Below are positions 1 through 14,514 of a stretch of 64,000 nucleotides of DNA, in pieces. A model generated the notes under the pieces. It ran no database searches. It saw only the letters and a list, made by a program, of their open reading frames with translations, and was not told the DNA's origin. Every line of letters begins with the position of its first letter. Within the stretch, counting starts at the first letter, position 1. Made by a program: the position numbers and the translations under genes. Source of the stretch: Utricularia gibba (lineage: Eukaryota; Plantae; Magnoliophyta); assembly GCA_002189035.1 (NCBI GenBank), contig NEEC01000020.1, positions 1,488,001 to 1,552,000 of the forward strand, given 5' to 3'.

Positions 1-330
1 TCCCAAAGATCGAGTACTAATAAAATGATTAAAAAAAAATCACCACTCGAACGAAAATGCTTCCAAGGATCGAGTGCTAATAAAATGATTAAACAAAAAA
101 ATCACCGCTCGATCCAATTCAAACTTAAGGAGCGAGTGCTAATAAAATGATTAAAATAAAAAATCATCGCTCGATCGAAATGACTCTCAAGGATTGAGTG
201 CTAATAAAATGATTAAACAAAAAAATCACCGCTCGATCCGATTCAAACCTAAGGATCGAATGGTAATAAACTTATTAAAATAAAAAATCACCGCTCGATC
301 CGAATCAAACGTAAGGATCGAATAATAATA
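1..330. repeat. Tandem repeat, 60-62 bp unit, at least 5 copies, truncated by the window start; probably subterminal repeats of a DNA transposon
   Basis: The motif GATCGAGTGCTAATAAAATGATT...AAATCACCGCTCGATC recurs at 8, 68, 130, 192, 254 and 316 (last copy partial). Each unit has a GATCGAG/CTCGATC inverted repeat. Confidence 0.9.
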
Positions 331-585
331 AAAAACGTTTGGGTGTGAAGTGTTTTAGAAAACGTTATCGACCGAAATGAGGTGCAATATGGAAAGGTTT
401 GTATACCTTTTGATTTTTTCTCACGGAATTGTTGCAGAAATGCACAGGGAATTGATAATAATATTAGCACACAGAATTGTTACATAAAATCAAATTCAGT
501 CAAACATCCACATGAAATAGTTCAACTTTAAAGAAAACGATGTTCTTAATACATTTCAACTTCTCTTACTAATAGTCAAAGAAAA

Positions 586-1400
586 CTATTTTAGATGAGC
601 ACTCTTATATGCTCTGATAGATGCCAATCTCTCTTCATTGCTTGTTATACTCATAAAAGCTCCACGATAAACAATCTTGCCAAACGTCAATGCAGCAGCT
701 CCAAACACACTTGTATCCTCTCGTACTTCTGGAATTCTCCTCACTATATCTAAGCACTCTGCAATCGAGGGTATCTTTGATCTTTGAAGCACAGATGAAT
801 AAGATCCACTCTTTAACTGATTTGTTAAATCAGCGACTGACTCAACCAACTTTTCTCCTGTTTCTTTCATGGTTCTTCTTTGACATTTGTTTCCCACATT
901 CACACTACTCACACCAACTTCCACACTTCCCTAAACATCAACGGATTAGAAGTAGGCTCAACCATGCCGAATCAGCTGTCGCAGTCACTAGTGTGAAGAT
1001 AACATTTTGCAAGTCAGAATAAATAGGTGGAGTGGTCTTGAATTTTTTACATGCTGGCATCTGTTAAAAAATATAAAATAATTGAGTCATAATACATTAA
1101 TCATTTATACATAAGTGTAAATATAACAAAAAATCACCTTAATTATTTTTTACCACCATCCATATGTTCCTGTTATTATTCCCAAATTGTCATCCCAACC
1201 ACTTCCAGTTGTCTTTTGAAGCCTAATCCATGTAGATCAATCTTTTTTTATTGTATTGAATTTATTCTTCAACTGTTTTATCACATAACGATGGCCCGTC
1301 CTTTCATTAAACTCTTTCAAAATCCCATGCCACCCTTGAGAATTGAAACATGTTCCAAACATATTGTTTGCATAGACTTGATGTACACAAGCTTCTAAAA
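586..1400 (-). pseudogene. Myb/SANT-like DNA-binding protein (PIF/Harbinger ORF1 type), disrupted
   Basis: The minus strand at about 1140-1350 reads FNSQGWHGILKEFNERTGHRYVIKQLKNKFNTIKKD*STWIRLQKTTGSGWDDNLGIITGTYGWW*, a Myb_DNA-bind_3 pattern with two stops. After an intron comes KKFKTTPPIYSDLQNVIF...ATADSAW, then ORF 586-924 with the typical C-terminus SIAECLDIV...AFMSITSNEERLASIR. Confidence 0.85.
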
Positions 1401-3047
1401 ATATATTAGTATTTTTGTCCCAAGCAGCACTAGAGGTAGGCGAAAATGGTCCCTATTTATCCACGTGTTCCCTGGTTTCAAAAATTATTTATACATCATT
1501 TAATTATAAAACATCTAATACTATTTCAAATAAATTTTTAATAACAAAAGATAAAATAATAAAATTACACATATAAAAATATAAATACATACAACAAAAC
1601 AAGCCAATAGTATCATTAAATCACATATACACAAGAAAAGTATAAGGGATCATGATTTTTTAGACAATTAGTTACCCAAAATGTTCAATTACAGCAGCAA
1701 AAGTAAGAAGAAAGGTATGCGTCAGCTAAGAGTCCATCTCCCTGCATAGGCAACCGCACACAACACCAAGGAAAAATCAGATTTGTGAAAAAAAAGCCAC
1801 GCCTTGGATCATTGGCTCCCAACATTAAATACATACCATAAATAGAAAATAACATGCTTAAGATTATGTGTTTAGAAGAAAAAAACCTGATGAAACATAA
1901 GTGTAAGTTTTGATCCGTAACAGCAAAAAAAAAAAAAAAGATCCCTCTTGAGATGCTATTATGTTTTAATGCAAAATTTTCATAAATAACACTTAACAAT
2001 GATAATAAATCAATTTGACATTATGTTCTAATACAAAACTTAAACTCTAAAATTATCCCCAAATAAAAAATGATACTAAATGTCATGTACAAATAAACAC
2101 ATATTTCAAACAAGTTTCACATTTGAATAAACACTCATTTTATATAGTCAAATATCACATTCATAATCTCTCATGAAAATATAAATCAAAAACTCACCAC
2201 CAAACCTTAGCCAAAGACCCACGAGAGAAATGGTCCGATGAAGTCAAATTTATCTCATTTTATATTTCAATATGAGGGCATATAAGTAATTTCACAGAAT
2301 TTTTTTTATTTAAGTTACAATTAAGTAATTACATACCTACTTTTAAAATACTATTTATATGTAACTTATAAGTCATAATTTATAAGTTAAAAAAATAATC
2401 ATTTAATAAGTTGACTACTTATAATTTGGTTAAATTACTTATAAGTTATGTAAAACCCCCCCTTATCGCTGCTTGATAGTGTTGAACTCTATGCAATTTT
2501 CCTCATTTTGCCACTACTCTCACCGTATCCTCTAGATGTAATAATATTCAATCTCATTTCCACATAACTATTAGCGTTCAATTCGGATATAGGCTTCTGC
2601 AAAACATTAGTTACGTATATAGCCTTATTTTGTAAAAGTTCGCAAAATAATCCTCTTTTATTAAAAATATTTATTTTATTAATAGTACATTTTCTTTCAT
2701 GGATATTATAAGTATTTAAGAACTCTAATTTTTTTAATAATAATAATATATTTATAAAATATATTTTTTTAAATAATAAAAAAATATTAAAAAAATTAAT
2801 ACGTTTTATTGTAATTAATTATATTAATATTTCGTTGATTAATTAATTATATATTTTTGAATATTATAATTCATAATATTTTTTAAGTAAATTTATTTAT
2901 TTTATTTTAATATAACCATAATAATATATTTTAATTTCAATATTTTACAAATCATAGTTTCAATATATTACGAATTATGTTTTCAAAAAATATATTTTTA
3001 TTAAAAAATTTAAAAATAAAATTCATGCACCGACATGCAATGAGGAA

Positions 3048-3089
3048 GGGCGTAAGCCGCGCCCATTGGAAGGGTGTAACGCCCCTAAT
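3048..3089 (+). mobile_element. Possible Helitron 3' terminus
   Basis: GC-rich hairpin (GCGCCC-attggaa-GGGTGT, with outer GGGCGT/ACGCCC) in very AT-rich DNA, followed within about 10 bp by CTAA|T (CTRR). The 5' TC end was not located. Confidence 0.4.
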
Positions 3090-3781
3090 AAGAGCATGGT
3101 TTTTAAATATGATTAACGTGATTTTCTAATTATAGTTAAATTACTATAAATATAATTATAAATACCTTTTAGAAAAATATATATATTTATATTTAGTATA
3201 TCAAATACATATATTTTTATCTCAAATAAATTACGGGTATTTAATAATTCAAAAAGACAAGGTATTCAATATATTTACATGAAAAGAATGATATTTTGCA
3301 AGCCTTATTTTTTGTAGATGGGTATTTTAATAAATGACTTTATCTAAACATAAACATTATATTTTTAATCTTATATCTTATCAGAATTCAAATGTTTCAA
3401 GGATATTGTAATGTATGAATGTCTGTGATGAGTCTAATAACATGTATTTGATAACAAGAGTCATCATGATAATCTTAAAATGACTTATATAAACGGAAAT
3501 AACACATAGGTGTCAATTATGTATAACAAAAATTTGTATATATCCTTAATCCCAAACCTTATTATTTTTGAACTAATGTTCATTTTATAAAAAATAAAAA
3601 TTAGAAACGAAAAATAATCAAACCTTCTTTATTGTATCTGACGTCTATGTTAGACAAAATCACATCTAACAGCACTACGCACCAGTATGCACTGATTAGA
3701 TACATAGGAAATATATTTTCTATATACTCAATATGTAAAATATAATACATTTAGAATTTGAATAGTTTTTAAGTCAATTGA

Positions 3782-4957
3782 TGATAAACGAAAAATTTAG
3801 TAATGTTGTTAATTTGTAAATTTCTCCTATCAAATAAAATTTATAAACCTAATTCACATCAAATTATATGAAAAATATGAGCATAGTGAACTAGGGTCGA
3901 ATACAAGAAGCTAGGTGCTTAATATGTAAAGTTCAATAGATGAAATTAGTGTCACGTTGGTAGATTTGGTTTTAACTAAGATTAAGGTAGAACTACGATA
4001 AAATACAGTAAAGAAAGGTAACAAGTTTATGAAGTCGGTTGTTCCTGAAATGAAATGGGTGATCCCTTGGGACTCATAGGGGATGTATGCTCATCACTAA
4101 ACACGCTCACACAAACCATAAATCAAACACTTAACATACAAGGTCTAGGTTTCACCGCACTCTTGTTTTCCCCCTAATCTTTGGTCTACCTCTAATTAGG
4201 ATTGTTAATGTGGGTTTCACTACTTACCCCTCCTATATCTATCCTAATTTGTTAATGAAATGATGTGACTTATGATTGATTAGGTCTGAAGATTGACTAC
4301 CACAAATCTCTCTTTTTCACCCCAAGACACTCCCTAAATGCTTAACCACTCATACTTAAGATAAACGAAAATAGAAAATAAAACATCATCTACATTGTAC
4401 TCATTCTCTCAGTCAACAATCAAAAAGTAAACAAGTAAGGAATTTAAAATGTCAACAGAAAACTAGAAAATGTCACTAGCTACTCTTAGCTAAGAGTAAT
4501 ATTCTTTGGAAAACAAAAAATAATCTTAAGACATCAACTTCATTCCTATTCGTCTTACTTCTTCTTCTTCCCCCCCAGAAAACATTCTCCATAAAAAATG
4601 TCGTGTGTCTTCAATTGAGGAGATCTTTTTCTCTCTCCATCTTGTTCCCTTTTTTGTCTAAAATTCTACCTTTTCATTTCTTGGATTTTGTGTGTGTTTT
4701 TTACTTTGGCCCCATCTTCTGCCACTACACTGTTTATATACAGTTCCTTGGGATTTATATTGCGACATGTGATGCATTACTCAAAAAAAACTATTAAAAG
4801 GTTGAGACTAAATTACAATTTAGTCCCAACTAAGACTCAAATAACACAACTATGGTATTTACGCGTAAAAATATAGAATTAGATAATAAAACTTAATTTT
4901 TGTAACACAATATGAATCTTTTCCATATACTTAATCACTCAAAAATATGTATTATTA
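3782..4957. mobile_element. Solo LTR (Gypsy, Athila/Tat-like)
   Basis: Starts TGATAAACG and ends ...ATGTATTATTA (CA decayed to TA). Perfect 5-bp TSD ATTGA at 3777-3781 and 4958-4962. Colinear with the LTR at 42188-43333. Confidence 0.85.
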
Positions 4958-6524
4958 ATTGACTTAAAAACCCTCACCAGAATGCAAACATGTTTATCTG
5001 GTCAAAAGTGTTTGATCCTATGTCTTGCTCCGGATGTCGAATTTCAAATAAAGCCATAGCAATGAAATAGGGATGGGTAAGATATGGGAGGTATAACAAC
5101 CAGCATTTGAAGTTGAAAGTCATTGCAATCACCTCAAAAAATTTTACATAAAAATACAGCTTCATACGGACATTATTTAGGCATAAACTACATCTGTATT
5201 ACCGTAAAACCTATTGTGTTACTCATATGAATGTGACTTATGCCTGCAATGCTCATAACTTAGTCAGCCATATTTTTGTTTTGACATTTGTTTGTCATAA
5301 GTTCAATTTATCTTTAGTTCAAGTTATATATTTTATTATAAAATTAAAATTAATTAAAAACAGTATTAATTGATTAAAAAATAATTAAATAATTGATTAT
5401 TTTTAAATGTATTAAATAATTATTTTTTAAATAATTAATAACATATTTTATTTTAATATAAATTAATTTTTGAAACAAATTCAAAAATATCTATGTCTAT
5501 TGACAATCTGACATGGTTTATACAATAAGCCTATAACTTATTCCACTTATAAAACGCACGATCAAGTTAATCTTTAAGACAGCACTAAATCTAAAACTTA
5601 TATATTAACCCTAAATTCCAAAGCTCTAAATTCTATAAATATATTGCGACACGAGTAATGTTTATATATAATCCATATCATAAACCCTAAGCTCTATAAA
5701 TATACAATCAGATGGGCGTAGGTTGTATATAATCTACTGCTGTAATCAAGTTGATTATATTTTGCTTTTAAAAGTTGCTAGTCGAAGGTTTGATTCATCT
5801 TTATACCAAATTATATGGTTTTATAAATTACAATTAATTCAAAAAAAGTATTTAAGGATTAAAAGAGTAAATAGTTATATGATTGAAATTATTATCAGCG
5901 TTATACATTTGTAATTTTTATATAAATAATGCTTTAATATTGAAATATTAATTCATATTAATATATAATTTTATTAAAAATATACTTTATGATGAAAATC
6001 ACTAACCCTTCATCATGAAGTATAAAAAAAAAATTCAATTAAATGATGACAGTCGTAGATTACCTAAATGACGGTCGTAGATTACTTAAACCATGCTCAA
6101 GTATTATTTGGAATATGATATGGATGTGTTATGTACAAGACATACTTGTAGCTTAATTTGATATAATGTATTCTTTAAATTTAATGGTCAAGCGTTCGAT
6201 TCTTCTTCATTACAAATTATATTTTTTATAAAATTAAAATTTAATTTAATAATATTATTAAAAAATTATGTACAGTTTTTTAATATTTTAATTAATACGA
6301 ATTTTAATTAAATATATAAAAAAATGGCTAATTTGCTAAAAGTTATAAAAGGATATTTTACTAATAATATCAAATTCTAGCCGATCGATCTTGGGAAACA
6401 CCGTTGTTTGTTAAGTTCAACATCGTTACATTTTTGTCGGACATCTGATTGTATATTTGGTATATACAATCAGATGATTTGATTCGTCTTTATACCAAAT
6501 AAAAGCAATGTTTGTCAAGAATAA

Positions 6525-6758
6525 GGCAGTAGTCTGTACAACTTATTTTGTGACTTATAACTTAAAATAGAAGTAATTTAAGATATTACTACTAATTATA
6601 TAAAGTCTACTTCTATAATTTAACTTCTACTTATTACTAACTTCTACTTATTAATAATTTCAAATAGACTACTTCTACTTATTATGTATCTACTTGTACA
6701 ATAACTTCTACTTGTGAATTAAGTAAAAGTTATTGAATAAGTTGCACATACTACACCC
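6525..6758. mobile_element. Tourist-like MITE (PIF/Harbinger)
   Basis: 21-bp TIRs GGCAGTAGTCTGTACAACTTA / TAAGTTGCACATACTACACCC (17/21 match), flanked by TAA on both sides. Confidence 0.8.
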
Positions 6759-6989
6759 TAAGTCGTCCACTGCATGAAAACACAAAAGTTCGAATACACA
6801 CAACTTGCAAACTACTCCAAACTATGTTGTTGCAGCACCAATATACCAATCAATAAATTTACAACCCACCTTTGAAGCACCTACTAAGAACTACTACACA
6901 AATATTTGTATGTTTGAAGCCATATTTATGACATAGCAGCCTCTGGGCCCTAAATTCGATATCTAGGATTGAGCCACATGTGCATTTTA

Positions 6990-7903
6990 TAAATTTCCCT
7001 TCTGTCATACCTACAGTTGACCCTGTGATGACAGCAGCAAAATGTTGTTATTTCTATGGAAGCATTTGTGAGGTATGCTCGTGCCTTTCGATTACTTTTG
7101 TTAGTTCTTCTTTGTCTTCTTTCCTAATTAACTGGAAATGACGCATTTTGTAGATGTCTTCTGTGCAACCAGCATTAACCGTGCCTGGAAATAATAACTG
7201 GCCTGTGACTAGGGGCGCGAGTAATGACAGAAATCCAAGCAAAAATAAGATTCTTAGACTGTATGTAGCTGGCTATCAACATGGATCAGTTCGAATATGG
7301 GATACGAGCCGTCGTGTTTTTCGACTCTCCTGTGTTTTGAGCAGTAAGGTAATAGAAATGATGTTGCAGAAATCATTCCCTTCAATCAGGAAGGTTAGCT
7401 AATGTTAATACCAAGATTAACATCTATGGTAATGAATGCCAGTTCGGGAGTCTTGTTGTTTCCAAGGCTCCACCGGTAGCAGCACTTGATTTATGCTCTT
7501 CCACTTGATCATTAGCTGTGGGGAGAGAATGTGGTCTGGTCAGAAATGCTTGGAAGAATATGTACATCAAGGAGACGTTGATTTCATTCCTTAGTTACTG
7601 TATCCAGGTCCAGTTGTATGATCTTTCCGGTAGTGATGACTGATGACACAAGATGTTATTTTGTTTCAGAAAGTCAAAAAGAAGCTGCTTTTTTCTGTTG
7701 AAGGCACTTGTTTTTAGATCATATGGCATTTGCAAAACTCATTGATAATTTCACTTCTTTTCATATCATGAGCTAAGTGAGCTCATGGCTTTCTTGGTCC
7801 TTGCTTCTCAGATTGCAGTGCTAGCCATGAGCTCGTATGCGGTTATATTTTTGAAAGATCCAATATCAAATTCTCCGGTTCTCTGGAAAGACTTTCTCAG
7901 TGA
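6990..7903 (+). pseudogene. Tomosyn / lethal-giant-larvae (STXBP5-like) WD40 protein gene remnant, part 1
   Basis: Exon remnants FPSVIPTVDPVMTAAK, NNWPVTRG...LRLYVAGYQHGSVRIWDT...LSCVLSSK, PVAALDLCSST*SLAVGRECGLV and PVLWKDFLSE resemble plant tomosyn-like proteins (At5g05570/At4g35560 type, recognised from memory). Stops and frameshifts are present and the N-terminal exons are absent. Confidence 0.8.
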
Positions 7904-10900
7904 TGTCAGTCAGATCAGCAGCCTGATCGGCAGCGAAGACCACAAGCTGGCGCATTAATGGAATAGAGACGTTGAAATAAGCTTCGGAAGATCAAATGAC
8001 ATAAGCACTACACCCACTGTATAAATACATAGATACTTAAGGTGCATCTCTGGAGTTTCATTGCTTCTATTTATACTACTGATTTTTCTTCAAAGTATTC
8101 TGCTTCATCGCTGGTTTTACATGGTATCGGAGCAAACAATAACCTTCTCGCAAGTCCTAGAAAGTCCTAGATGCCAACTGAAACTCTCATTCAAGAACTA
8201 ATTACTGTACTTAAAATGGCAGCAGTGCAATCCTCTTCCTCTACACATACTGATCTACCCTTACCCTAAAAGTTGCTACCTAATAAGACCAGTGATATCA
8301 CCCTCACTACTCTTTCTCTACTCAACTATGCTCAATGATCCCGTGACATTTTTTGCACGCTTCGAATCTGGGGAAAAGAAGCCTTCTTCAATGGCAATCT
8401 CAAGCAACCCACCCAAAGTATCAGATCCGTTGTACAAACAATGGGAGAGATGTAATGATCTTGTTGTAGTGGGCCATGTCTCCCCCATGGTGGGTTGGAT
8501 AAATTACTTGGCCTACGTCCACTGAAGGCCCACCAAAAATAACCGCTAACGGTTATGAAGTCCAGTAGCTAAAAACAAAGGGTATCAGAGCTGAGTAGAT
8601 GAGGTCGAATCCGATGAACTAGAGGAGATGAAGGAGTGACTCTGGTCCCCTCCAACGATGATCTGGTGATTGATCAAAGGAGCAAGAACTGGTGCTGTGG
8701 AGTTGTAACTCGGTTTGTAGCAGACTCCCTTTATTGCGTGTGGGAACCTTCTTGGAATCTTGCTGTGATTGCAGATTCTTGGTTGTGCTCCTTGGAACTG
8801 AGATTGTTCTCAATTCTTTATCGCTGTTAGTGGATTTTCATGCCTAGTGTGGAGCACCCGAGGTTTTTCCCTGAGAAGGGTTTCCTCGTTAAAATTTCTG
8901 ATGCATTATGCCATCATCTTTCATTTCCAAACATGTAGGTTTGAATGATTAATAAATATGGGTTTGTGTAATCAGTGGATAATTGTCAAAGATCCCAAAA
9001 AACTGGTATCAGAGCGGCGTTCTTTGGACATAACAAAATCAAATATCTTTGTGCTTCTTCACGGTTGTAAATGGAGGATTTCCTTGGGATGATTAAACTG
9101 AATTCCTAGAACTACTCCATGGCGCATGAAGATGAAGGTTGTACTTATCTGCAAAGACCTCTGGAATACAGTCATTCTAGGAAAGGAAAAACTAGAAAAG
9201 ACCAGTGAGGCAGATTAGAAAACTTTGCACTTGAAAGCTTGTGCATACATGCAGCTTTGCATCGAAAATGCATATGAGAAAAGATTTAGGGATCATGAAG
9301 ATGCAAAGGAGCTATGGAAGAAAATTGAAGAAAGTTTTCGTCCCTGCACAGCTCAAAACAAGATGCTGCTGGATCAAAAACTCTCAAGTCTCAGGTACAA
9401 GGATGGTGAACCTATGGCAGATCACATTAGCAAGTTTGAAGACCTGGTGCATGAAATGACATCCATAGGTATGGACTTGGATGAAGAGACTTAGGCAATT
9501 AAATTGCTTCGCTCATTGCCACCAAGCTGGGAGGTTCTCACGGTCACCTTAACACACACTTCCAGTGGACTGACCTATGACTCTGTGGTGAACTCACTGC
9601 TGCACGAAGAACTGAGGTAGAAAGACACCAACCGAAACATTAAAGGGAATCTAGCTATCACTGAAGAGAAGGGAAAATGGAAAGGCAAGAAATCCCAGAA
9701 CAAGAAAAAATACTTGAAAGAAAAAGAAAAAGAGGTGCAAGAACCTGATAGAAATAAAGCCTTTGAAGAATCAAGGACTTGCCACTATTGCAAGAAGGTG
9801 GGACACTTGAAAGGACAATGTAAATTCTGGGTGAGGACACAGCCACAAGGGCAGTCTGGAAGTGATCCTCAAGGGTAGAAGAAGGGTGAAAACTCAAGCA
9901 TAACACTTGCTCCCTGGAAGAGGAGCTGCTGGTCTTACTTCCACACTCAGAAGACAATGGAATCATGGTATCTCAGACGGCAAGAGAATCTATGAGAATC
10001 ACTAATTCAAAATGGGTAGTTGATTCTATAGCCAGCTATCATGCCACACCATGTAAAGAGATCATGTCTAATTTCAAACCAGGTGACTATGGAAAAGTGA
10101 AGATGGGAAACTCAGCCATTTCGGACATTGCAGGCATTGGGGATATTCATATCACAACAAACCGTGGATTCAAACTCACCCTAATGATGTGAGATATATC
10201 CCTGATATTCGGTTGAATATGATGTTAGTGAACCACCTGGATCAGTCTGGCTATGTGAGCTCATTTGGAAAAAAAAATGGAAACTCATAAAAGGATCAAC
10301 GGTTTATGCAACTAGAGAAGTGGATAGGACACTGTACAAGACAGAGGTTACTCCTATAATTCATGAAATACATGTGGCTAGTTTCTCAGAAAATCTGCAC
10401 AACTTGTGGCACAGAAGAATGGGACACCTGTCAAATAAAGGCTTGAACCTTATGGTGAAACAGAACCTCATCGACAGATGTCCATCTGATCAGTCAAGAT
10501 GTGAGGAATGCTTGATTGGTAAACATCACAAGGCTGAGTTTAAGAAAGTGTTCAGTAAGAGCAATGAGTTGTTGAACACTCTATTTTCAGACGTTGGAGG
10601 GCCATTCGAGTGTGAATCAGCAGGAGGGGCAAAATTTTTTGTTAGCTTTATTGATGATGCCTCCAGGAAAGCTTGGGTTTTCCTAATTCATAGAAACAAT
10701 GATGTATATGCTTGCTTCCAGGAATTGCACATGCTGTTGGAAAGACAAACAGACAAGCGGCTGAAGAAATCAAAATTAGATAATGGTTGTGAGTATTGCT
10801 CAGATGAATTCGAAAATTATTGCAAAAATAGGGGAATTAGGAAAATCACAACCACTCCTAGAACCCCTTGAACACAATGGTATAGCAGAAAGATTCAACC

Positions 10901-12646
10901 GAACTATCATGGACAAAGTAAGAAGCATGTTACACACAACCAAGTTACCAAAAAATTCTGGGCAGAAGCCCTGAAGACAGCCTGTTTTTTATCTAGCCAA
11001 TCCCCCAAAACAGCACTGAACTTCCTGACTCCTCAAGAAGTATGGACAGGGAAGAAACTGAATTTGAGTTACCTTAGGGTATTTGGATGCAAAGCATATG
11101 TACACATACAAAAGGAACATAGGCTAAAGTTGAATGACCGATCTAAGCCCTGCATACTGCTTGGATATGGTGAGGATAAAATGGGATATAGAATTTGGGA
11201 TCCGATTGAAAACAAGATTCTGAGATCAAGGGATGCCGAATTCTTAGAAGACCAGACTATCCTAAACATTCGTGTGGAACAAGAGACTCAACCAATTGCA
11301 CTGCCTTTAAGGTCTGAAGCATGACACTCATATGATTGGCAAATTGAGTTCGCTGGTGATTCTGATGAAGCCAATATTCCGAACTCTACAGGAGAACAAA
11401 TTGGCCTCAGAAGATCAGAAAGGAGGCCAGTCCCCTCTACCAGGTATCCCACTGATGAATATAAACTATTGATAGAGGAAGGAGAACTTGAAATTGTGAC
11501 AGAGGCAATGTGTTCAACAAATAGAGAAAAATGGATGGAAGCTATGAATGAGGAAATGAATTCCATCTGGGCCAATGATACATACGACTTGGTGGTTCTC
11601 CTAGTTGGGAGAAAGGCATTGGACAATAGATGGATCTTCAAACTCAAACGAAACTCAGATGATTCAATTAGGTCCAAGGCAAGAGTAGTAGTAAAAGGCT
11701 TCAAACAGTAACCCGGACTAGACTTTGAGGAGATATTCTCTCCAGTGGTTAAACTAAACACTATAAGGATCATCCTATCCCTCACTGCCTACTTCAACTG
11801 GGAATTGGAACAACTAGATTTAAAAACCGCCTTCTTGCATGGTGGCTTGGCAGAAGAAATTTCCATGAATTAGGTTGAAGGATTTGTAGAACCAGGAAAG
11901 GAAAAGCTTGTTTGCAAATTGAAGAGAAGTCTTTATGGGCTCAAACAAGCTCCTACATAATGGTACTTGAAGTTTGATAGCTTTATGATAAACAATGAAT
12001 TCCAAAAGACCACAGGGGATCAATGTGCTTACTGGAAGACCTATGGGAAAGGTGATCATGTGTTCCTTCTCTTGTACGTCAATGATATGTTGGTAGCAAG
12101 CCCTTGCAAATACAGAATCATTGAGCTGAAGAAGTCAATGGAAAGGAATTTATGTATGAAGGATCTAGGACCGGCTAAGAAATTCCTAGGGATAAACATA
12201 TGGAGGAACAGATCTAAAGGGACCATAGCACTGTTCTAGAGTAGCTACATAGATCAGATATTGAGAAGATTGTGTCTAGATGAAACAAAATCGGTAAACT
12301 GTCCCCTGCCAGGCCATTTGAAGCTCTCAAAAGAAATGGCTCCTTGGGACAACTTGGAAAGACAATTGATGGCCAGGGTACCTTATGCCTTTGTTGTGGG
12401 ATCAATCATGTACTTAATGGTGTGCACAAGGCCGAACATCAGCTTTGCAGCAAGCACCCTCAACAGATTCTTAGCTGATCCTGGTAAAATGCATTGGGAA
12501 GGTGTCAAATGGTTGATGAGGTACCTTAAGGGTACCAAAGAATACTACCTATGCTATGGCTTAGACAACACATCTCCTAGGATAAATGTACATGCAGATC
12601 TTGGAGGAGATCTGGACACAAGAAAATCAGTCACAGGTTTGATCAC

Positions 12647-13561
12647 TGTTAAGTGTCATTTTCTAGTTATTTGTTAGGTGTTATTATGTGTTAATTATAT
12701 ATTAAGTCACCCAATTAGGAATTATATTGATGAGAAATTGATTTTCCTTAGAAAATCCCTATTTTCCTACTTTGTATATATTCCTCTTTTTTTCTCACAC
12801 TTTGACCGAGGCATGTGAGGAGACTGTCAGGAGTGTTGCAGGAGTATTGTAGGTGGTCAGACTCTGAGTTTTTGTGCCTTGTACGCGAGTTGGAATGATT
12901 GTGGGCGGAAGACTGACACTAGTCAAGGTCCATGACTTACGGCATGTCAGAGTCTGTAGCAATGATTGGGCGCAAACTTGCACGCAAAGAAAGGCTGCTG
13001 GCACACACAAGACAGAAGGAATGATGAGAAGGGAACCCAAAGGAGTTAATGCACGTAGGAAGTCATATAAAAGCCACTTGGAGCACCTAGTTTCGAATTT
13101 TTTAACAATTTCTCTTGTACTTAGAACTTTTGAGTTCTTCCTCCCCTCAAGGAGGAAGAACACTTAGTTTCTTTTCGTTTCTATTTTCCATGGCCCTTTT
13201 GGGCTAAGTACTTTAGTTTTTGGGAAGTAGATTAAGTCCTTCTAAGTTTCCACTCGGTTTTTTGCTTCTATAACCAGCTATTCGGAAGAAATTAGTGAAA
13301 ACCGAGGCAAGGACGGACAAAGGAAGGAGATGGAATTTGATTCCCAGGAACTGCGTACTGTAGTCAAGGCCCATCACTTAGGTTGTAACTTTTCTTTCTG
13401 CACTCTACAAACCCCTTTTTACAAAACCGTGAAATTTTGTAGAAGTTCTTTACAAAACACTTTCCACGAAAAACAACTCCCTGATATCGATACTTGTACT
13501 ATGCTTTCTAGTGTTTTACGTTTTAATTATTTAAAATTTGTTGAGGAAACGACACGCAACA
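12647..13561. mobile_element. Solo LTR nested in the RNase H region of Copia B
   Basis: Termini TGTTAAGTGTC...GACACGCAACA with perfect TSD ATCAC (12642-12646, 13562-13566). Removing it rejoins RKSVTGLIT|IMGGGAMTWSSKLQ. Confidence 0.9.
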
Positions 13562-14514
13562 ATCACTATTATGGGAGGAGGTGCTATGACTTGGAGTTCA
13601 AAACTTCAGAAAACCGTGGCATTGTCAACCATAGAATCAGAATACATGGCACTCACTAAAGCATTGAAAGATGCACATTGGACAAGAAGGTTCTTAACCG
13701 AGATTTGTCTCTTGGAAAGAAAACTAGTTGTACTCTTTGACAGTCAAAGTGCATTCCAGCTCAGCAGAAATGCCACCTTCCATGCTCGAATTAAGCACAT
13801 AGAACAGTGGTGGCACTAGATCAAAGAGGTATTGGAAGGAAATGAAGTTGAGTTTTGTGAAGATAGAAACAAAAAGAAACATCACTGATGCCCTGACTAA
13901 GCTACTACCATCCTCAAAATTCATGTTCTGCGTGCAGCACATGGGCATCAATAAGAGTTAATCCAGTGAGGGATGACCAGCTGGAGGGGGTGATTTGTGG
14001 TGGGCCACATCTCCCCCGTGGTAGGCTGAATAAATTACTTGGCCCATATCCAGCAAGCTCATCCACCGAAGGCCCACCAGAAATAACCGCTGATGGTTAT
14101 GAAGTCACAGTAACTAAAAACATAGGGCATCAAAGCTGAGAAAATGAGGTTGAATCCGATGAACTAGAGGAGACGAAGGAGTGACTCTGGTCCTCTTCAA
14201 CAACGATCTGGTGATTGATCAAAGGAGCAAGAATTGGTGCTGCGGAGTTGTAACTTGGTTTGTAGCAGACTCCCTCTATTGCATGTGGGAACCTTCTTGG
14301 AATCTTCATGTGATTGTAGATTCTTGGTTGTGCTCCTTGGAATTGAGATTGTTCCCAATTCTTTATGCTGTTAGTGGATTTTCGTGCCTGGTGTGGAGCA
14401 CCCAAGGTTTTCCCCTAAGAAGGGTTTCCTCGTTAAAATCTCTGATGCATTCTGCCATCATCTTTCATTTCCAAACACACAGGTTTGAATGATTAATAAA
14501 TATGGGTTCGTGTA

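Noticed and set aside
1-330. CRISPR-like appearance of regular repeats (also 23290-23620)
   Set aside because: The whole unit repeats with no unique spacers, there are no cas genes, and the context is plant nuclear DNA.
690-1022. ORF-track entries such as 690-1022, 9658-9966, 11288-11785, 40908-41352 and 46140-46478 as genes
   Set aside because: They are antisense or alternative-frame shadows of TE sequences or of the LecRK, with no domain signature.
2592-3304. Mutator-like MITE (GGCTTCTGCAAAA / TTTTGCAAGCC)
   Set aside because: The TIR match is short and there is no 9-bp TSD. It is plausible but not supportable.
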